Part shown: positions 1 to 8,200 of the stretch, piece by piece | How positions within the stretch are numbered: position 1 is the first letter of the stretch | Layout of the letters: each line of letters opens with the position of its first letter | Notes under the pieces: generated by a model | Seen by the model: the letters and a program-made list of their open reading frames with translations, nothing else | Database searches by the model: none | Told to the model about the DNA's origin: nothing | Program-made: the position numbers and the translations under genes | Origin: Verrucomicrobiales bacterium | Lineage (GTDB): Bacteria > Verrucomicrobiota > Verrucomicrobiia > Limisphaerales > JAYPEY01 | Length of the DNA stretch: 33,182 nt | Direction: 5' to 3' | NCBI GenBank assembly: GCA_038126655.1 | Contig: JAYPGD010000004.1 | Location: 1 to 33,182, forward strand

Positions 1-1011
1 TAGATCCACGCCCGAATGCTTCCTGGCGATCTCCAACGTTTCGCGAAAGGTCTTTGTGCTGCGGTCGGCGTTGCCTCGTTGCGGCGATGGAAACAGGAAT
101 TCCGAATCAGGTTGCCGCCGTTTGAACATCCCCTCGAGGTGCGTCTTGAGTCGCGCAGTCATGTCCACGGTCCGCGGCAGGCGGTTCTTGGCGTCGCCTT
201 GGCTCCCGATGTGAAGCTGTCCCCGCTCGAAATCCACGTCCAACCATTTGAGCGCCAGCCCTTCGTTGCGGCGCGCTCCCGAAAAGGCCAGCAGTCGCAC
301 GTAGTCACCGAACAATTCGCCATTCTTGGAATGCTTGCGCGCCTCCTTGCAAACCTTGTCTATCTGCTCCGCGGTGATGAGTTCCCGTCGCTTGGTGTCG
401 AATTTGAGCGGCGGGATGTTGCGGGTCGGCGAGTCGTCAACAATCTCATCGGCGATCGCCAGTTTGAACACATTGGAGAGCGCGAACTGGTATTTGTTGA
501 CCGTGTTGGGGCTGAGCCCCTCCCCAATCATTTTCTCCCGGAAGGCCATTACATCTCGCTTGCGGATGTCCCGGAGCCGTTTGTCGCCAAAATGCTCGCC
601 CCAGCGGTTGAGCATGATTCGCTCCTTGTAGAGCGAGGTATCCCGCTTGGTTCCCTTTGCCCTTTCCAGGTATTGCGCGGCGTAGTCGGTGAATCGCGGC
701 GCCCGCGGCCGAACCTTCACATCTTCCCGGTCCCGGTCTGTAATCAGCGCGGCTAAGGCAGCTTTGGCTTCGGTGATGTTGGTGACGGGATTCTCCTCGT
801 CGCCCAGCGGTATGCGCCGCGGGACTTTGGCTCCGGTGACCGGATCGGTCAGGCGCAGCTGGCCGTAGAAGCGATTGCCGCGCCGCCAGAGCCCCCGGAT
901 TGGCCGCTTGCGCCCGTCCAAAACCTTTTGGTAAGTTGCCCGCGTATGATTTGGCGACTTGCCATCCGAAACCTGACTGACGCCATTGCCCGGCGTTGCG
1001 CTACGTTTCAT
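1..1011 (-). CDS. Tyrosine recombinase / phage-type integrase, partial (N-terminal 337 aa; C-terminus lies beyond the window edge)
   Basis: Not in the ORF track because it is open at the window edge. Hand translation of the minus strand from ATG (1011-1009) gives an uninterrupted 337-codon frame down to base 1: MKRSATPGNG...RGLWRRGNRFYGQLRL...NTVNKYQFALSNVFKLAIADEIV (SAM-like N-domain)...LLAFSGARRNEGLALKWLDVDFERGQLHI (box I with catalytic Arg). The plus-strand ORF 16..756 is its antisense shadow. Confidence 0.85.
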   Translation of the reverse strand, partial: MKRSATPGNGVSQVSDGKSPNHTRATYQKVLDGRKRPIRGLWRRGNRFYGQLRLTDPVTGAKVPRRIPLGDEENPVTNITEAKAALAALITDRDREDVKVRPRAPRFTDYAAQYLERAKGTKRDTSLYKERIMLNRWGEHFGDKRLRDIRKRDVMAFREKMIGEGLSPNTVNKYQFALSNVFKLAIADEIVDDSPTRNIPPLKFDTKRRELITAEQIDKVCKEARKHSKNGELFGDYVRLLAFSGARRNEGLALKWLDVDFERGQLHIGSQGDAKNRLPRTVDMTARLKTHLEGMFKRRQPDSEFLFPSPQRGNADRSTKTFRETLEIARKHSGVDL

Positions 1012-1021
1012 GCTGTCGGTT

Positions 1022-1042
1022 GTAGCACAACCCGTAGCACAA
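1022..1042. repeat. Tandem 9-nt direct repeat GTAGCACAA-ccc-GTAGCACAA in the integrase/tRNA intergenic region (candidate operator or arm-type site)
   Basis: Read directly: GTAGCACAA at 1022-1030 and 1034-1042, in a 12-nt register, 11-31 nt upstream of the integrase ATG on the minus strand. Confidence 0.5.
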
Positions 1043-1079
1043 ACGCAATATGGTCAGCTTATTTTGGTTGTAAGTCGTT

Positions 1080-1085
1080 TATAAT
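1080..1085 (+). promoter_or_regulatory. Consensus -10 hexamer TATAAT 6 nt upstream of the tRNA-Leu 5' end (candidate tRNA promoter; no convincing -35)
   Basis: TATAAT at 1080-1085 inside an AT-rich patch (ttattttggttgtaagtcgtttataat). The tRNA begins at 1092. Confidence 0.35.
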
Positions 1086-1091
1086 CAACAA

Positions 1092-1180
1092 GCCGGTGTG
1101 GTGAAATTGGCAGACACACGGGACTTAAAATCCCGCGACCGTAAAAAGTCGTGCCGGTTCGAGCCCGGCCACCGGCACCA
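1092..1180 (+). tRNA. tRNA-Leu (anticodon UAA), class II with long variable arm, CCA encoded
   Basis: Manual cloverleaf. Acceptor GCCGGTG/CACCGGC. D stem GTG/CAC. Anticodon arm CGGGA-CTTAAAA-TCCCG (anticodon TAA). Variable arm CGAC-CGTAAAAA-GTCG. T arm GCCGG-TTCGAGC-CCGGC. Discriminator A followed by CCA. Confidence 0.93.
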
Positions 1181-1195
1181 CCCGCCTTCGGCGGG
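1181..1195 (+). terminator. Short GC hairpin directly after the tRNA (CCCGCC-TTC-GGCGGG); weak terminator or processing-site candidate, no U-tract
   Basis: Perfect 6-bp inverted repeat read directly. It is followed by AAATTCG, not a T-run. Confidence 0.3.
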
Positions 1196-1280
1196 AAATT
1201 CGAATAGCGAAACACGAAATCCAATTGGCAGTTTCCGGCATCCGGATCCCCTTCGCATTTGACGCTCCCCCCCCCGCCGC

Positions 1281-1323
1281 CAAAACAGCAACAGCCGCGG
1301 ACAGGAAGCCCCGCCCGCGGCTG
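1281..1323 (-). terminator. Rho-independent terminator candidate for the 1352..1891 gene
   Basis: 9-bp stem CAGCCGCGG (1292-1300) / CCGCGGCTG (1315-1323) with a 14-nt loop. On the minus strand it is followed by TTGCTGTTTTG (1291-1281). It lies 28 nt past the TAA stop. Confidence 0.45.
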
Positions 1324-1351
1324 CAACAATTCCATCTCTTCGGTCGCCCGC

Positions 1352-1891
1352 TTACTTCAACGCGCCTTCGATCATTCCGCGGAAACCGGCGTCGGAGCCT
1401 TTGACCGTCGCGGAGGGGCCCGTCATTTTCACGAACACGCTCCCGTTCTTGCCTTCGACGATTGCGCCCAGCAAGGAGGAGTTGGGAACCGGGGTCTTCG
1501 GTCCGCCGAACGGAGGCCCGCTCATGAACGTGCCGTCGGTGGTGACGTAGGTGACCTTGACGCCGCCCACCGTCTTCTCCTCCGCCTTCTCATTCGTGCG
1601 GTCCTTGAACTGGCCGAACCAGCGACTCACGTTCGCCTGCACCCCGCCGCCGGAACTTGGTCCAAAATAAAAGAAGGTGACCTCGGCGTCCTTCGCCCCA
1701 TCCTTGCCCGGCGCGCTCAACTGCGCCTTGCGCATGGACGACTTCGGTTGCTCCTTCTTCCAGCCCTTCGGCGTCTTGAAGGAGAACTCGCTGACCTTGA
1801 AGGATTCTTCCGCCGCCCGGGCCTCGCCAACCGGCGACAACAACACACCGCCGACAATCGTGGCGACCAACATGGAATAGAGTTTCTTCAT
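1352..1891 (-). CDS. Small secreted protein of unknown function (179 aa, signal peptide)
   Basis: ORF 1352..1939 trimmed to the internal ATG at 1891. This gives MKKLYSMLVATIVGGVLLSPVGEARA/AEE, a classic Sec signal. Codon third positions are GC-rich like the neighbouring genes. I recognise no family. Confidence 0.7.
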   Translation of the reverse strand: MKKLYSMLVATIVGGVLLSPVGEARAAEESFKVSEFSFKTPKGWKKEQPKSSMRKAQLSAPGKDGAKDAEVTFFYFGPSSGGGVQANVSRWFGQFKDRTNEKAEEKTVGGVKVTYVTTDGTFMSGPPFGGPKTPVPNSSLLGAIVEGKNGSVFVKMTGPSATVKGSDAGFRGMIEGALK

Positions 1892-1898
1892 GCGCCGG

Positions 1899-1927
1899 GG
1901 TGTAATCGACTGACCAAATCTTGTCAA
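1899..1927 (-). promoter_or_regulatory. Sigma70-like promoter candidate TTGACA-N17-TACACC abutting the ATG at 1891 (would give a leaderless or near-leaderless mRNA)
   Basis: Minus strand: TTGACA = complement of 1922-1927; TACACC = complement of 1899-1904; spacer 17 nt. The -10 ends 7 nt before the ATG. Confidence 0.3.
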
Positions 1928-1979
1928 CAACCCGGACATTTGGCAGGCAGTTGGGAAGCGCGGACGGCAAACCGGGCGC

Positions 1980-2912
1980 TCACGCCGCCATACCGGCTTC
2001 CATGTTCTTGGCGACTTCCATGGAGGCGCTGCGACAGAGCGTGATGAAGGTTTCCTCGGCCAGGTTCAAGGCCCGGCCGCGCAGATAGAAGCAGCCCCAG
2101 CTTCGACGCAGCTTGCGGCGGCCGATCGGAAAACAGGACAGCGATCCTTCCGCGATCTCCTGACGCGCAATCCACGGGGCCGCCACACCCACTCCCAATC
2201 CGAGTTTCGCCAGTTCCTTGATCGCCTCCATGCTCCCCAGCTCGATCACCGACTTCAGTTCCATGTTCTCCCGCCGAAAGTGATCCTCCACCAGCCGGTA
2301 GGTGTAGCTTGCCTTGCTGTAAAGGATGTAGCTCTGCCGCGGGAGATCCTCCTTCGCCACCCTCCCCTTGCCGGCCCACGGATGTCCGGCATCCACCAGG
2401 AACGCCAGCTCGTCGGAGAAAAAGGGATCGAACTCGATCTGCGCCTCGTTGCGGGGTTCGAGTGCGATCCCCAGATCGATCCGGTTCTCATGCAAAAGGT
2501 CGATCAACTCCGGCGTGTCGCCCGGTTCAATGGTGATCGCGCACTTCGGAAAACTCTTTTTGAACTCCCGCAATGCCTCCGGAAGGAGATACTGGCAGGC
2601 CATTGTGCTCGCGCCGACGCGCAATCGTGAACTGCCCCATTCGCCCAGATGTTTGAGCGAGGCGCGAGCAGCGTCCATGTCCGCAAGAATCTTCTCGGCG
2701 TAGACCAACAATTGCTCGCCCGCCTGGGTGAGGAACACCTTTTTGCCCACCCTGTCAAAAAGTCGACAGCCCACCTCCTGCTCCAAGGCCTTCATCGAAT
2801 GACTCACGGCGGACTGCGAAAGAAACAGATCCTTGGCGGCTACAGTAAAGCTCTTTCGCTCGGCAAGCGCCTTGAATGCGCGTAATTGGCGGCTATCCAG
2901 CGGCTGATTCAT
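1980..2912 (-). CDS. LysR-family transcriptional regulator (310 aa)
   Basis: ORF 1980..3254 trimmed to the ATG at 2912: MNQPLDSRQLRAFKALAERKSFTVAAKDLFLSQSAVSHSMKALEQEVGCRLFDRVGKKVFLTQAGE (LysR wHTH), followed by a LysR substrate-binding-type domain. The upstream 114 codons are Arg/Gly/Pro-rich junk that overlaps the DUF1501 gene's 3' end. Confidence 0.9.
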   Translation of the reverse strand: MNQPLDSRQLRAFKALAERKSFTVAAKDLFLSQSAVSHSMKALEQEVGCRLFDRVGKKVFLTQAGEQLLVYAEKILADMDAARASLKHLGEWGSSRLRVGASTMACQYLLPEALREFKKSFPKCAITIEPGDTPELIDLLHENRIDLGIALEPRNEAQIEFDPFFSDELAFLVDAGHPWAGKGRVAKEDLPRQSYILYSKASYTYRLVEDHFRRENMELKSVIELGSMEAIKELAKLGLGVGVAAPWIARQEIAEGSLSCFPIGRRKLRRSWGCFYLRGRALNLAEETFITLCRSASMEVAKNMEAGMAA

Positions 2913-3088
2913 GATTGCCCCCCCTTGGCCAAGACGAACTGTGCAGGAAGCGACCGGCCTCGCCCGATGTGCTTTGAACTGCTGTATGTCATTCCAGCCC
3001 CCCTCAAGCAGACGCCGGGCCAACCTGCCCGCCAATCCGCCTGAAGGCGGAACTCCAAACACCGGGCGCGCCCGGCGCCGCGCCTCCG

Positions 3089-4510
3089 CTACGCCAGAAC
3101 CTCCTTCACCACCCGCCCATGGACATCGGTCAACCGTCGGTCCAATCCGTTCTGGCGGAAGGTGAGCCGTTCGTGATCGATGCCCAGCAAGTGGAGGATC
3201 GTCGCGTGAAAATCGTAGCAATACATCTTCCCCTCGGCCGCCTTGTAGCCCCAATCGTCGCTGCGCCCGTAGGCCACGCCCGGCCTGACTCCGGCTCCGG
3301 CCATCCAGCTCACGAAGGAGCCGCCGTTGTGATCGCGTCCGTCCTTGCTTTGCGCAAAGGGCGTGCGACCGAACTCTGTCGTCCAGATCAACAGCGTGTC
3401 CTCAAACAATCCCCGCGCCTTCAGGTCACGCAGCAGGCCGGCAATCGGTTTGTCGACCGACTTGGCGATCGGCGGCAACTCCTTCGAAATGCTGCCATGG
3501 TTGTCCCAATTTCCCGTCGCGCCCGAAGGCCCGCTCCAGACCTGCACAAAGCGCGTCCCCCGCTCCGCCAGCCGTCGCGCGAGCAGACACCGACGTCCAA
3601 AGTCCTCTGTCATCCCGTCGTCCATGCCATAGGCCTTGCGGGTGACCGCCGATTCCTTGGACAGATCGAACGCCGCAGGAGCAGAAAGCTGCATCTTCGC
3701 CGCCAGCTCGTAGGACTGGATCCGCGCCGCCAACCGTGAATCCTCGGAACGCTCCTTCGCATGCGCGCGATTCAACTTCTCCAACAACGCCAGCCCCGCG
3801 CGATCCGCCTCGCGCGTCGCAAATTTGTATTTGTCCTTCGCAAACAGGTCAGGGATGGGATTCGGGGCCGCCGCGTCGATGACCGTCCCCTGGTGCACGG
3901 CCGGCAGGAAACCCGCCGAGAACGGACCGCGCTGGTTGTGGGGCAGCCCCTTGGCATCCGGCAGCACGACGAAGGTCGGCAGGTCATCCGTCAGGTTGCC
4001 CAGCGCGTAGGAGATCCACGCGCCCATGCAGGGAAAGCCCGGCAGCACGTAACCCGTGTTCATCATGTAGGTGCCGGGACCGTGGACGTTCGTCTTCGAC
4101 GCCATCGCCATCAAGAAGGTCATGTCATCGACCAGTTCCGCCTGATGCGGAAACACGCTGCTCACCCAGCGACCGCTTTGCCCGCGCCGCTTGAATTCAA
4201 ACGGACTCTTCAACAACGCCCCCGGCATCGCGGTGAACCCTTCGGGCTTCTCCTTCGGACCCAACTTCTGCCCGTGCTTCTTTTCCAACTCCGGCTTGTA
4301 GTCGAAGGTGTCCATCGGGCTCGCCCCGCCCGTCATGAACAACTGGATGATCCGCTTCACCTTCGCCGGATGATGCACCCCGCCGTTGAATTCGGGCCTG
4401 GGGACGTAAGGGCCGCCCGCAAACGCGTCCCGCGCCAGCATCTGCGCCATGGCCACGCCGCCAAGACCGCCGCCGATCTCGAAGAGGAAGTTGCGGCGGG
4501 AGCAGTTCAT
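3089..4510 (-). CDS. DUF1501 domain protein (sulfatase / alkaline-phosphatase-like fold), twin-arginine signal
   Basis: Trimmed to the ATG at 4510: MNCSRRNFLFEIGGGLGGVAMAQML (S-R-R-x-F-L Tat motif). Characteristic DUF1501 blocks are present: IQLFMTGGASPMDTFDYKPE, VLPGFPCMGAWISYALG, NWDNHG, TEFGRTP...DGRDHN, YDFHATILHLLGIDHERLT. Confidence 0.92.
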   Translation of the reverse strand: MNCSRRNFLFEIGGGLGGVAMAQMLARDAFAGGPYVPRPEFNGGVHHPAKVKRIIQLFMTGGASPMDTFDYKPELEKKHGQKLGPKEKPEGFTAMPGALLKSPFEFKRRGQSGRWVSSVFPHQAELVDDMTFLMAMASKTNVHGPGTYMMNTGYVLPGFPCMGAWISYALGNLTDDLPTFVVLPDAKGLPHNQRGPFSAGFLPAVHQGTVIDAAAPNPIPDLFAKDKYKFATREADRAGLALLEKLNRAHAKERSEDSRLAARIQSYELAAKMQLSAPAAFDLSKESAVTRKAYGMDDGMTEDFGRRCLLARRLAERGTRFVQVWSGPSGATGNWDNHGSISKELPPIAKSVDKPIAGLLRDLKARGLFEDTLLIWTTEFGRTPFAQSKDGRDHNGGSFVSWMAGAGVRPGVAYGRSDDWGYKAAEGKMYCYDFHATILHLLGIDHERLTFRQNGLDRRLTDVHGRVVKEVLA

Positions 4511-4527
4511 GGATTCGTCCGCGTTCG

Positions 4528-4998
4528 TCACATCGCAACCCGCCAATAAGCTCCAAACTTGGCGACAAAAAGTTCACCAATCGCAGAAACGAGCCCGGCG
4601 TCGTCTTCGCCGGGTTGTTTCTCCGTCAGATTCCAGACCACCCACATGCCGCCGAGCAATGGCGTCAGGGTCTGCTTCCGGGCAACGTCCGTTTCACCCT
4701 CCGACATCCTGACGACGAACTGCGTCAGGTCCTCCATCGCAGAAACTCCATTGCTGTTCCAGCCTTCCACATCCTTCAAGACAATCGATTCCACCGCGGC
4801 GCGCTGCGATTCTTCCACATCGATTACAATTCGCGAACAGGCGGTCCATACGAGGAGCGTCGTGGCAAAGAAATCCCATTGCCCAAATCGGGACGCCGTC
4901 CGGAGTCGCGGAAAAGCCTGACAAAGCTCCTCTCGCGCGCCATTCGCGACGGAAGATGCGAACGAGACGAGTTTGCGGGCGTTGTCTTCAATGTTCAT
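4528..4998 (-). CDS. Hypothetical protein, 156 aa, no recognisable family (ORFan), no signal peptide
   Basis: Clean ATG..TGA ORF. The stop lies 17 nt before the DUF1501 start. Sampled lines give about 52-55% G+C, lower than the flanks. The sequence is Trp-rich (GQWDFF, LLVWTAC, GGMWVVWNL). Confidence 0.6.
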   Translation of the reverse strand: MNIEDNARKLVSFASSVANGAREELCQAFPRLRTASRFGQWDFFATTLLVWTACSRIVIDVEESQRAAVESIVLKDVEGWNSNGVSAMEDLTQFVVRMSEGETDVARKQTLTPLLGGMWVVWNLTEKQPGEDDAGLVSAIGELFVAKFGAYWRVAM

Positions 4999-5231
4999 CG
5001 TTTGATTTCAACTGCCGCGCTGGACCGATTGCCATGAATCCTTGCGTGAATCGGCCGAGGCAAGACTTCTCGTGGCCAGGCGCGAGGAAGGATTGGAGCT
5101 GGCTCCATGACTGACGAGCAACGCCGCCACGGGGAATTTGGACCGGCCTCCAACCCCAATCGAGCGCAGCGAGCAAGTCCCAACCGGGACATTCCTCAAT
5201 TCGATTTGTGCAAGGACTCTTGGCATCCGGT

Positions 5232-8200
5232 CTAATCCACAAACAAGAATTCATTGCTGTTCAGCAAGGTCCGGCACAACGCGGCCAGACCGTGCTTTTC
5301 CGCATACGCGGTCAATGCCGTCAACTCGTCGTTCGTCGGCTCCCGCTGAAAGACCAGGTTCACCGCAACACGAACGTCCATCCGCCCGAATGCGCCCCCC
5401 TCGCCTTCCTCCGACTCTGACGCCGCGCGAAGCGCCATGGACTGCGGCGGCTTGACGCCGCCTTGCAGCGCTTCCGACCGCGCCGCTTCCGACCACTTCC
5501 CCTTTGCGGCCAGAGCCTCGTCATCCGCCTCCGCCCTGTTTAGCCTCGACGAGCGTCGACTGCTGCAGAGTTCCTCAATCCGCTCCGCCATCCGCTGGCT
5601 GTGATGCAGCACGAAGTCATTGTTGAACATCGCCAACGACTGCAGCGACGATACGGAGTTCCCCCGCGTTGGCGCCAGCAATCCCAGGTCTGGAAAATCC
5701 AAGGCTTCCATGAAGGGATCCGAGATCCCGCGCCACACGATCCGATACACAGACCGCCGCGTTGCCCCCGGCCCGTCCCAATCGAACGCCCCGTAGTCCA
5801 GAACCGGCGACACCTGCGGCCCCTTCTTCTTCGAGAACTGCTCCACGCCCGGCCCGCCCATCCGCGCGTCCAGACGCCCTGACACCATCCGCACGGCGTC
5901 GCGGAACTGCTCGGCGTCCAGCCGCCGCCGGTTCATCCGGGCCAGCCAGCGATTCTCCAGATCCGCCGCCTCCGCCGGCATCGACGACTGCCGATACGTT
6001 TCACTTGTCAGGATCAACCGATGCAGCGCCTTGAGGGATCCCTTGGCCTCATCGCGGAACCAGACCGCCAGCCAGTCCAGCAATTCCGGGTGTGACGGCT
6101 CACTGCCCATGCGTCCAAAGTCGTTCGGCGTGTCGCAGATCCCACGCCCGAAGTGATGATGCCAGACGCGGTTGACAACGCTGCGCCAGGTCAGTGGGTT
6201 ATCCTTCGCCGCCAGCCAGTCCGCCAGCGCCGCGCGCCGCGCCGACTCGCCCTTGGACGCGTCCAATTGAAACCGCCCCGGCAATCCGCCGATCGCCGCC
6301 AAGGCCCCCGGCCCCGCCTCCGCCCGCGGCTGTTCGATGTCGCCGCGACGAAGGACGTGAACCTTCTTCGGTCCGTCGTAGACGCGCTTCTTCCCCTGAA
6401 CGAAATGCGCGGGCGCGGCCGCATAGACGCGCTGGGGCGAGGGCAGCCCGACGAGTTCATCACGCGCCAAACGGCCCAAAACATGCCGCGCGATGGCGGT
6501 CTTCTGCTCCCTCGTCCTTTCCGCATCGGGAATCCTGAGCCCCTCAGCAGCCGCCTTGGGCAATGCCCGCGCCCTCCCCGCCGGCGCGCCCGTCACCGAC
6601 AAGCGAAACCGGCCGATCAGATGCTTGGGAATGTGTTCGTGCTTCAACACGAAGGTCAGGCGCGCCGGCTTCCTGAGCGCGAGAGGCTCCGCCAGTTCGA
6701 ACACCGCCTGATGCGTCTCGCCCTCGCGCGGATGAATCGCCCAACTCGTGCCCGCCTTGCCGTCGATCGCATGGGAAACGATGTAACCGTCCTGATCGAA
6801 ATCGGACGTCGCTCCCTTGATGGCAAGCGCCTCGGAAGCGGAAGCGCCCTCCCGAAAGACCCGCGCTTCGAATCCGGACAAATGAAAATTGCCGTTGGCG
6901 TTCCGTCCCGGCCCCTTCTCCGGGAGGCTGTCGTCGGTCAAGGCTTCCAACCGGATGGCTGTGATCGTGGAATTCGTGGTCACTGCAACCACCGTGTAGA
7001 TCTCCACATCCGGAAGCTTGCCGCCGGCCAGGACGGAGCCGTCGTCCAACCGCTTCAGGCTCGCCACACCGTCGCGGGAAAGAAAGGTCTCCGGCGTCAA
7101 GGTCGTCCATTCCGCGCCCCCGCCCACAAGTTCCTCTTCCCACCTGGCAATCAGCGGCGCCTGCTCCGGCTCCAAAAGGACATCGACATCATTCTTCTCC
7201 GCCGCATCCGCCAGCCGGCTCCACCGCCGCCGCACACGATGAACCCGCGGATCCGGATCGTATTCCACATCGCCCTTGCCCACGCCGGCGAACACCGCCT
7301 GCAACGAGTAGTAGTCCTCCTGCGTGATGGGATCGGACTTGTGATCGTGGCATCGCGCGCAGTTCGCGGTCACGCTGGCAAAGGCCGCCATCGTCTGCGT
7401 CACCATGTCGTCGCGATCAAGATAGGCGAAGGTCACCGGCGCAGTGGAATAGCGACTGAGCTCAAACGGCCCGGCGCCGATGAAGCCCATCGCCACGGTC
7501 AACCCCGGTTCCTCGGGGTAAAAGACATCCGCCGCCAACTGTTCGCGAAGAAAGCGCGCCCAACGCGTGTCGCGGTTGAAGCTGTCGATCACGTAGTCGC
7601 GGTATCGCCAGGCGTTGGGGCGCAGCGCGTCATGTTCGCAACCGTGCGTGTCGGCGAAGTGAACCGTGTCCAGCCAATGCCTCGCCCAACGCTCGCCATG
7701 GCGCGGCGAGTTCAGCAGTTCGTCCACCAGCCTCTCGCAGGCCATCGGATTCTCATCCGCAACAAAGGCGTCCGCCTCCTCCGGCGTGGGCGGCAGGCCG
7801 TGGAGGTCGAAATACAGACGCCGGACCAGGGTCCGCCGATCCGCCCTCGCGGCCGAACGCAACCCCTTTCCGGCAAGCTTGCCGCGCACAAACGCATCGA
7901 TCGGATTCGCCTCCTCAAAACCTCCCGGAACCTCCGGCGCGACCAGCGGCCGCAAGGACCACCAGTCCAGGACATCCCTATCCCCCCCCGGCGTCACCCC
8001 GGCCATCCGCGGATCGGGCGCGCCGCGCGTCACCCATTCGCTCAGGAGGGCGATCTCCTCGTCCGGAAGCTTCTTCTTCGGCGGCATCTGCAGATCGGGA
8101 TCGCCGTATCCCACGGCCTTGATCAGAAGACTGGCGCCGGGTTCGCCCGGCTTCACCGCCGCGCCATGGCTCCCCCCCTCGCTCCACCCGCTCCTCGAGT

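Noticed and set aside
1267-1275. A C9 homopolymer between the tRNA and the 3' end of the secreted-protein gene. There are also C7-C8 runs inside the PSD1 gene, for example 7982-7989.
   Set aside because: The C9 tract lies downstream of both convergent transcription units, so it has no obvious regulatory target. The intragenic runs encode Gly-Gly or Pro-Pro in an intact ORF and are common in high-GC genomes. I see no evidence of phase variation in a single sequence.
5094-5107. 6-2-6 palindromes: TGGAGC-TG-GCTCCA at 5094-5107 and GGTCCG-TC-CGGACC at about 15493-15506.
   Set aside because: Perfect 6-bp inverted repeats are expected by chance many times in 33 kb of GC-rich DNA. I mention them only as context and do not call them operators.
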